Assembly (NCBI GenBank): GCA_043228905.1
Contig: JBHGNT010000005.1
Coordinates: 1,674,001 to 1,738,000 of the forward strand
From: Azolla caroliniana
Lineage: Eukaryota; Plantae; Polypodiophyta
DNA length: 64,000 nt
Direction of reading: 5' to 3'
In this document: positions 54,767-64,000 of the stretch, piece by piece
Position numbering within the stretch: the first letter of the stretch is position 1
Layout of the letters: every line of letters starts with the position of its first letter
Program-made: the position numbers and the translations under genes
Notes under the pieces: model-generated
Seen by the model: the letters and a program-made list of their open reading frames with translations, nothing else
Told to the model about the DNA's origin: nothing
The model's database searches: none

Positions 54767-56045
54767 ATGACAGCAACATCAAGGGAAGCTTCACTCAACC
54801 TTGAACATAGATTGGATCGAGAAGGGAACTCACTAGAATTACCATCAGGTGATACAGTTGTTGAAAATGGTTTGCACCACTGGGGCTGGAGAGATCCTAC
54901 TGGTAATGGTAGTACAATATATGGCATATTTTAATCATTAATGACACAGCAATTAAAATAAATGCATTTAAAATCAATGTTTCTTACGTAGGTGGAGACA
55001 GGACATATGGGGGGAAGGTAATAATTGTTAAATGGGGAAATGCGACAAAGAAGGTAGGGATTGATGGTACTGGAGAAGCTATTAAAGAAGCAATTAAGTC
55101 ATGTTTTGGTCTCCGTTCAAAGCGTGCATTCTGGCTAGAGGATGGTGATGGAGTGATAAGAAGTTTTGACCGTGAAATGCCTATAGGGATCTACACCCTT
55201 CACCTAGATGAAGGTAAGCAATTATCCTGAGTCACTGGTTTATTCATGCTACTTGGATGTTTCAATTCCTATCGAGGAAGACATAGATTTGAATATCTTG
55301 ATTCCTAATTAAATATTATTGACTGTTCTAGAAGTTTGCAAGATAGTCTGCCTCGTTGCAACTTTAGTTTGCTGAATTGATTGTGCAAATTTTGCACCCA
55401 AGTAGACAGTCGGGTTTCAATCTTGCATCTTTTCTAGTCTAAAAGGAAGCACAGAAGGAGTAGTCATATATTTTGATAGACTTTTTCTGAAGCAAATCAC
55501 CTCAAGTCTTGGATCCAGAAGCATGACAGACTGTAGTGCGAGTTTTTAGTCCCAATGATGGGATAGAATTATTGTTTGAATCTGTCTGAAGTGAGCAACT
55601 ATTTATGTCTCTATTCTTAGTGCATTTACATACATGTATAGATAATTTTCTGCGCTCAGTAGTTTTTCCAGGATAAATGTGTCAAAATGATGATCCCAGT
55701 TTTGCAAATTGGTAGATTTTTCCTTGTATCTGTAAATCAACAGACATACACGTATAAACATACATACATACATATACATGATATAGATAGGTTTGTTTTA
55801 TGTAATGACACACATATGTTAATTAATACTAGGTTTATATAGGTGTGACAATCAAGATATGCTCACGTGAGGATGATAGTGGGCAGCTTCTACAGACCAC
55901 TGAAGAGAAGACATTCTATACAGAAGATGGATTTCATGAGTTTTTGAGACGTAGGCAATGGTCTGGTCTGCGGGAGATTGGTAGCTTTAGGGATGTTGAC
56001 ACATTTGATGAACTTCAACCATTAGGCGTGTACCAAAGAATCTAA
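54767..56045 (+). CDS. GT-1/GT-4 trihelix C-terminal domain without DNA-binding domain (~187 aa)
   Basis: Exons 54767-54902 (or -54908), 54992-55213, 55843-56045. Reads [74 protein letters not shown], with no lesions. Homology is clear; the start codon is inferred. Confidence 0.7.
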
Positions 56046-57499
56046 CTAAACTGCTCAACTCAGAAAAATGCACCATTCAAGCAAATATGTACAATGAGTT
56101 CTGCCTTTTTGTTAATGTTACATATTATGACAAAACTTGCTCTTTATCAGTGATGAGGATCTGGCCAATCAAAATATGTGAGTGTCAACAAGTCCTAAAT
56201 GGCATTGAATTGTGGACCAACATGATTTTGTTTCCTCACAATTATCCTGTGGTTCGGTTTTTCTGTTTGCCAGGTTGGCAGTTAAAATTTCTTGAATTCG
56301 AAAGTAGTTGTGAACTCTTGTGAATGACTAGAAGGTGGCCAGCAAATATAAAGCTGGGAGTTACAAAAGGTTAGGCTTGTGATAGTGATAATCATGGCAA
56401 TCAGAAAGAAGTCTTGAGCACTTGAAATAGATCATTTTGTTTGAGCAGAAAATATAGACAGTTTTAAGTTTAGGTAGCAATTCCTCCTTGGCTGGATATG
56501 CGTGTGCATGTGAGGATTGCTTCCATCTGGGGCACTTCAATTCTTGTTAATTTGACTTATGGATTCACAAGGAATATTACAAATGTAATATCATCAATAT
56601 TGCCATAGTGCGCATATACATTCAGTCAATGGGCAATGCTAGGGTTTAGTGATGAATTGCAAGAGGAGCTCTATCAGGCATTTCATCCATGTTGTAATAG
56701 TGCATATATCCATTCAATCAAAGGGTATGAGGGATAACACATTTTGAAGAGTTTGATGCACAACATTTCTTGGATTGAGATTAAGTTTTCTTATGAAGCT
56801 CAATTTTTATTAGTTTTGAGGCAATTTGCCAATGCCGTTCATTGGCATGTAATTGTAATGCTTCTAGTTTTGATAATTCAATTATGTATAATTTTAAGTT
56901 GTTTGGCTATGGCCAATCACTTTGGTAATTACCATTTTGAATCTTAGTTTTTACATGCAAAATAAATCATTGTTAGTTACATCAAAACTCTTTGGAAGAG
57001 GATAGAAGAGAAAATATGCAGACAAGAGGAAGGAGAAAACATTGGAAGAGAGGATTAAAAAAGACAGAAAAACATAAAAAATATATGTCATGTATTTTGA
57101 TATATATCACTAATGATACCCATTGTGTTTTCAATAATGTCTCATTATACCCTCCATCAAAATGTATCTCGTAACATTGGGTTCTCCTTCAATTAAATGT
57201 TTAATGGGTTTGCTTGCATCTTAGCTTGCATGGTGTGACGTGGGGTGAGCATGGGGTCAAGTTTTTTGCGGTGAGTAAAGACACGTTAACAACGAGACAA
57301 GCAAGCTTTGTATTTGTATCTCAATGGGATTGAGAAAGTCCAATTGTGAAGATGGTTGCCGAATACACAAGTGTTCATGGTCATAGAGATGTGTTTGTAG
57401 TGGGACAAATGCAATTCTTACACCTCCACGAGTAGTGTGTTCGAATGTCAGTGGGTATACATATGTACATACATCCTCCATGCATGCATGCATACGCAT

Positions 57500-57525
57500 G
57501 CACATGTACATATGCACACATACGC

Positions 57526-57586
<61 letters not shown>

Positions 57587-57590
57587 TACA
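57500..57590. repeat. (CATACA)n microsatellite
   Basis: Direct reading. Confidence 0.95.
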
Positions 57591-57967
57591 GGGCATAAGG
57601 AAAACGTAGGGGTATCTCTCTCATGAGGGCGAATTAAGAGATACTCCACCCGCAGATTCCGATTCTCTGCGCTCCCAACCACCCCCCATTGTCCATGGCA
57701 TTTCTTCATGGGGTTTTTGTGAATCTCCAGACAATGCAGAAGCAGAAGATGCAGAAAACGACGGCGACAAAGAAGCAATAACGAAGAAGAAGAAGAAGAA
57801 GAAGGAAGAATGAAGACGAAGAGTCAGAAGACAGGAGAAAGAAAGAGGAAAAAAGAAAACATGGTCCAAAACGACCCCGTTGTTTGCCCTCAGTTTCTTC
57901 GTCTTAAAGCTTCCTAAGAAGGGAGAAGAAGGGAGAAGGAAGAAGAAGGAAAGAGGAAGAAGCTATC

Positions 57968-58231
57968 ATGGAAGAGAACGATCCTGTGGCATGCCTTCCA
58001 TTTCTTAATCCTGAAGCTTCTGATCGAGGTCGTGTCTGCAACGTCACGAACCAGAATAATCGGAAGAATCAGAACCGCTTGTCCCCACGATCTCTGCTCT
58101 TAGCCTGCATGAAGCTTGTGGATGATTACAACTGTGAAGCTCTACCTGACATTGCGCCAGAGGACCATGCTACCATTCTCATGCCCCTCCTCAACGCCTC
58201 CCATCCTCATGATCAGACTTTCTTGACACAG
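57968..58231 (+). CDS. Probable first coding exon (88 codons) of an unidentified gene; remainder outside the window
   Basis: GA-rich leader, ATCATGG start context, CAG|GTAACT donor, then T-rich intron-like sequence. Protein not recognised. Confidence 0.55.
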
Positions 58232-59699
58232 GTAACTTCAAAAACAATTTTTTTTCCTTTTTCTGACATATTGAGTCATTTCATTTCTATTCTATGTGAT
58301 AAGTAGCATTATTATTACGTTTTGTTTTTCAGCTGTTTTTTTCGATGATATTTGGTTTTTCTTTCTTCTGTTATGTTCGTTTAGGATTTTGTTTTTCATT
58401 TTTGTCTGGTTGTATGGTCAGAACTTCCGGCTGCAGGTTAGTTATTAGAATTCTGTGGGTCTCTAATCAACTGTTTTCCATGTTTCTTTTTCTGAGGTTT
58501 TATCTTAGCTTTCAATCTTTGATTTTTTGTGTGTTCATCTTTCTGGTTTGATTTTCACCAGTTGCGTCTTGTGTCTATTACATGTCGTTTTTTTGGTAAG
58601 CGTTCTTGTAAATCACAAGGTTTTCTCGTGCATTCTGTGTGCTATATCAATATGATAACATATGGTTGCATGATCCAAGACATCAAAATGTTCACATTGG
58701 CAGGTGTGTTTCTGTGCTCATTTCTAGGATTTGTTTATTCATCTGTTCATACGATAGCATAACATGATCAGAAACTTTGCCAATGTGCTGACTAATTTCT
58801 TGATGACATGATTTTCTTGTGTTCATTTCTAAGGCTAGTTTTGTTTTTGGTGGTTATACAGACAGTAACACTTGGTGGTGTGAGGCTCTAAAATATAGAC
58901 ATGTTTTTAAAACATAAGATTCTGATAAATTTTGTCGAACTGTTTGCAAAGTTTCTAAACAACATTTCCTTGTATCCATATGTAGTTTTTATTCAATCGT
59001 TCTATCTAGATGTCGGACATTTATTTTTGTGTATCCATTCTAGGTTTTCTTTAACCATGTTTCAGATGATAAATTTTTTTGCTCACTTTCTATGGTTTTT
59101 GTGAACCATTTTTCCAGACGATAAAATGTCATTATGAGGTGTATTTGTGTTCTCCCTGTATGACGTATTGCATAATAACACTTACGAAATCAGTTAAAAT
59201 GTATTTGTGTTCTCCCTGTATGTCATTTATTTTCTGGAAAACTCACGAAATCAGTTAAAATGAAATTCTATGGCCAATTGTAATGGACAAAGGCCTATAG
59301 TACAAAGATTGGAGCCCAAGATTGGTATTTCAAGCACTGGGTACAGTTATCACTGGGTTCAAATGCGAGTAAAGGTTATGTGTCCAATTTTGTAGTTTTG
59401 CCACTTATAAAGTCATGGTGAAGTTAGGGGTGAGGCCCTACATAAAGTCACTTAAAAGCTATATGTTCCTGAAGATATTTTTTCAGAGACCAGCACTTTG
59501 CAATACAAGCTAGACTTACCTTATTCAACCCAGTCATGCAGAACTCGAAATTCGGATTTGGGGCTGATTGAGACAATCTAGAGTGCAAAAAACTGGCTAC
59601 GTAGTTATCTTACTGAATATTATGTATGGACTCCAGAAGCTGGTTTCATGGCTCCAATGATGGGATTACTTCTTCATCAAAAACTGATGCCTACCTAGT

Positions 59700-62600
59700 T
59701 GTGAGTTAAAGTATAAATACAAAAACAAATAGAAAGAGGAAAAGCTCACATGAGTGAAATGGTGAGACTTGGTTAGTTGTGGCTGTTTTTTCATTCACAT
59801 GGAGACTCAAGATGACACAAGCTTTCTTTCTCACATTCTTGTTATGGACACAAGTTTGCTCCATCTCATGTTCTGTTGGAGGATGGCAGCTCTAGACCTG
59901 CAATCTCTTTCATCTTTATTGTCTCTCTTTTACATTCTAGATTCTTCTCTCTCTAGAATCTGCAACTCTTTAAATGCCTTCTCTCTTTTCCAAGATATTC
60001 CCTCTTATTCCTAGTTTATTGTACCTGTTTAGCAGTACAATACTCACTTAACTACTAAACAACCATTTCACCCACTTTCCCCAAATTTGTATAAATAGGC
60101 TATACCGGCCTCTTTTATAAAGACTTTTACTTTTGCTGCTACTTACAAACAAGCTCTACTCTTTGGCTATGTCTCTACTCTTTGCAACCATTTTTTCTAC
60201 TACTTTCTAACAGCCTTCTCACAGCTTGACTGTCTCGCTGCTAAATCGAACTGTAGATTGATTAGCGAAGCGTCCGCAACCGTTGGTGAGCGAGGACTGG
60301 CCCCTAGAGGGAGCAAAGCCTATCGGCCACCGACCATCGCATACAAGATTGGGCGGCAGAGGCCCGGTGATCTTGTAGAAGCAATCGATGCCAGATGTTC
60401 CGTTTGTATGAATTGTGAACACACTACGACCGAACGTAGTAAAGCCACTGTCAAGGAATTGAGTACCATGTCTATTTTGTTCTAACAATTGTTCTGTTGT
60501 TGCTATTAACAGCTTTTCTCACATGGTATTAGAGCAGTGAGGTCTCCATATCCTCAGCCTGATTTTTTTTGCCAAAGAGCACACAGACCTATCTTCTTTT
60601 ATCCCTCCTTCCCAACCCTATAGAGGAGGTTCTTATTTTTTTCTTTTCCCCTCATTTGAGCCTCGCCTAGCATCTAGGGAGGAGTAGAAAGACCCTAAGC
60701 ATCTACTTACAGTGTTGCAAATTGTCCAGTTGTAGCTCAAGAGGAGGATATCCATGGCCTCACATGCCACCATTGTTTCATCAACCATTCCCCAAGTCTC
60801 CAAAGAGTCCCATCTTGGATGGGAACAATTACTTGGATTACGAACTGCAAATAAAGACCTTGCTACAATACCATCGTCTATGGAATGTAGTCAATGGTAG
60901 TGACAAGAAACCACTGGTAACTTCATCCTCTTCAACCAAATCAATTGCTGGCTCATCTAACGCCGAGAATGAAGCTTGGCTAGATAAGGATTCTCGTGCT
61001 CATGCTTTCCTCATGTTTGATATTAAACTGAGCATCGCTCGTCAATTTCAAGCTACAGATGAAGAGACAGCCAATGAACTATGGACAGCTTTCAAAAAGA
61101 GGTATCATCGAGCTAATTATGCTCAAATGATAGCTATTGAGAGCCAACTAGCCAATCCCAAGATTCGTGACACTCCCACTATCATGGATCAAATAATGCA
61201 ATTTGTTACTCTCCAAAAGGAACTAGTTTCTTTGGGAAGCAAGTCAACTGAAGTTGAGTTTGTGCATCGTCTAATGATAAAGTTGCCTGAGTCATTCTCA
61301 GCCTTTTGTGACACAATTTCTTTTCTTCCCAACACACCTGATATGAATACAAGACATGGCAACAACGAAGAAAAGTGCTCAAACTTCCAATGAGACGCTT
61401 CTACATGTGAAAAGTAAAGGCAAGTGGAAGCAAAATGGCAACTCCTACAACAAACCCAATCCAAGAACACCAAACAACCCAGCTTACAAAGAGCTCACCT
61501 GTCATTATTGTGGCTACAAAGGTCACATTCAGCCCGACTGTCGGAAAAAGGAAAGGGACAATGCCAAGAAATCTTTTTCTACTGAAAGTCAACCTACACC
61601 AAAATCAAACTCGTTCCACTCAGCCAAAGAAACAATTTTCCTTGGCATTGAGGAACATTCTTCACATTTGGCTGGAACTACTACCTCACCATTGATGAGT
61701 GGTTAGTAAACAGTGATGCCACTGCACACATGACTTATGACAAATCCATTTTGCATGATGTGAAGCCTAGGTTCTCCCAAATCTCCATAGGAGATGCCTC
61801 AAGCATTGAGGCTTTGTGTGTGGGTAATGTGTTTCTTAACACTTCTTTAAATGACGAACCGGCCGTTCTTTAAGATGTGCTACATGTGCATCGCATCTCT
61901 ACAAACCTACTTTCGGTCTACCGAATCACTAAGCAAGGTTATGGAGTCTACTTTGATAGCTCAGTTTTGGAAGTCATTGACACCAACAACCTACAAATTG
62001 TAGCTAGTGGCACACAAGAAGGGGGTTTATATCGCCTGAAAAGTTCCCATAGCCCCGTGGAAAAATCCAAATCTCATCTTCTTCAAGACTCTCATGCTTT
62101 GGTTGCACAAGAAGATCCCATGATGTGGCACACTAGGTTCGGTCACCTCAATTACGATTCTCTACAAAAGCTCTCCTCTTCACATCTAGTTGAGGGTCTG
62201 CCTATTTTCAAAACTCCCAATACCCCATGTGTTGCTTGTCTTCATGGCAAGCAACATCGAGTGCCTTTCCCTCATGAAGCCACGCACTATGTAACATCTA
62301 TCCTGGAGTTAATGCACATGGATCTTTGTGGACCCATGAAACCAATACTCTTGGTGGTGCACGCCACTAAATGCTTATTATTGATTATTTTTCCCATAAG
62401 GTTTGGGTTTATTTTCTTGTAGAGAAATCGCAAGCCTTCTCCAAATTTCAAGAATGGGTAGCTCTTGTGGAGAACAAGACATCAAAGAAAGTTCGTAAGA
62501 TCAGGTCCGACAATGGTGGAGAGTTTAGCTCCCAATCTTTCCACCATTTCTGCTCTCAATGAGGCATTGCTCGCCAGTTTTCTACACCCAATACTCAACA

Positions 62601-64000
62601 AAATGTTGTGGAAAGGAAGAACCACACAGTCCAAGATATGGCTCATACAATGCTATCTCAATCTGATCTTCCTCTCTCGTTTTGGGGTGAAGTTGTCAAC
62701 ACAGCAGTCCACATCATCAACTGTTGCCCAACAAAAGCAATTGCTGCAGTGACCCCTGCAGAAGCATTTACAAGTGTAAAGCCCCTTAGTATCTCAGTTT
62801 AAAGTCTTGGTTGTGATGCTTATGCTCACATTTCAGATCATAAAAGGACTAAATTTGAGTCTAAAACCAAGAAATGCATTTAGAATCAAAGTCCCTAGTC
62901 ATCTCTAGGGATGTTCATTTTGTGGAGTCTAAGCCGGATGACTCTAGGATTTCACTTGAGTTCAGGATTGAAATCCCAGCTCTTCCGGAATCTCCTATTA
63001 TAGATGAAGATGCCTCATCTTCAAGCCCCCCATCTCCTCCTACTCAACCTCTAACTTCACGAACAATTCAACCCTCTCCCTCAACTCCACTCGTTTCCCC
63101 TCCCTCTACACACCAACTTCCACCACTTCCCAAGTGGCTTCAAGCCACCATTCGTGATTCTCATCTCTCCAATGCTGAACTTCATGAGTATAAATCTGGT
63201 TCTTCGACCAACATGAAAGAACACGTAGGTCACAATAGCCTCTTCAGTCATGCAACTTTGCTTTACTGTGCACTATTGTGCAATCACAAGAACCCACAGC
63301 AGCAAAAGAGGCCCTTGTTCTTCCAAAGTGGAAAGCAGCAATGGAAGTTGAATTGGTCCCACAACCTCAACATCGACAGGTCATTGGACTGAAATGGATA
63401 TTTAAGACCAAGTACCATGCTGATGGTACTTTGGATAAGCAGAAGGCACGGTTTGTTGCAAAAGGCTACTCACAAGTCGAAGGACTGGATTACGAGGAAA
63501 CTTTTGCTCCAACAGCAAGGTACACCTCTATTCGATGTGTGCTTGCGCTTGCTGCTCACTACAAATGGCCCATCTTTCAAATGGATGTCAAGTCAGCCTT
63601 CCTTAATGGTGACTTGAAAGAGGAAGTTTATGTTGAACAGCCTCCAGGTTTCGAGATTTCAGAGTGGAAAGACACGGTCTACTGGTTACACAAAGCCTTG
63701 TATGGTTTAAAGCAAGGTCCCAAAGCTTGGCATGACAAAATTGATACCTGTTATATTGACAGCAATCTCTATGTCTTTTCCCAAGAAAATCTGCTATGCT
63801 TGATCATATTATATGTTTCTAATTACAGGGTCCCTTGCTTCTAAAATCAAGGAGCTCCGTGCTGACCTCAAAACCACATTCGAAATGATTGATCTAGGAC
63901 TTTTCCATTACTTTATAGGTAGGGAGGTCTATCAATCACATGGTGGTATATTCCTCAGCCAACTGGAGGTCTATCAATCACATAGGTATCTCTGGTAGCT
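59700..64000 (+). mobile_element. Degenerate Ty1/copia (5' LTR 59700-60523, gag-PR-IN-RT); continues off the right edge
   Basis: LTR TGTGAG...CTCACA. PBS TGGTATTAGAGC (tRNA-Met type) at 60524. Motifs [67 protein letters not shown]. Many frameshifts. Confidence 0.92.

Noticed and set aside
57257-57778. 173-aa ORF with CVCVCV/HTHTHT runs (similar ORFs at 49571-49950)
   Set aside because: Microsatellite translation artefacts.

Overview
Plant nuclear DNA; a seed-free plant such as a fern is inferred from the retrotransposon lineages. Bases 1-25340 form a deeply nested LTR-retrotransposon stack, reconstructed from LTR pairs, target-site duplications (TSDs) and reading frames that rejoin across insertions. 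The order is copia G > gypsy F > self-priming Tcn1-like gypsy E > {gypsy D with a solo LTR; non-autonomous B > dead C > apparently intact A}. A, B, C and D form one GC-rich Ty3/gypsy family. They share an 18-nt tRNA-Trp PBS and insert at CCGG/CCGT (4-bp TSDs). A and C have a Gag-protease ORF joined to RT-RNaseH-IN by a predicted -1 frameshift (G_GAU_UUU plus pseudoknot) and a D-H-G protease motif. B has no pol; one ~1050-codon Gag-derived, repeat-rich frame fills its whole interior. The AT-rich right part holds an inositol-tetrakisphosphate 1-kinase gene, a ROP GTPase with an atypical CVVM CaaX box, and a GDSL lipase. It also holds a GT-1 trihelix gene whose DNA-binding exon is destroyed while its C-terminal exons remain intact (microProtein candidate), and the first exon of an unidentified gene followed by a degenerate copia element.
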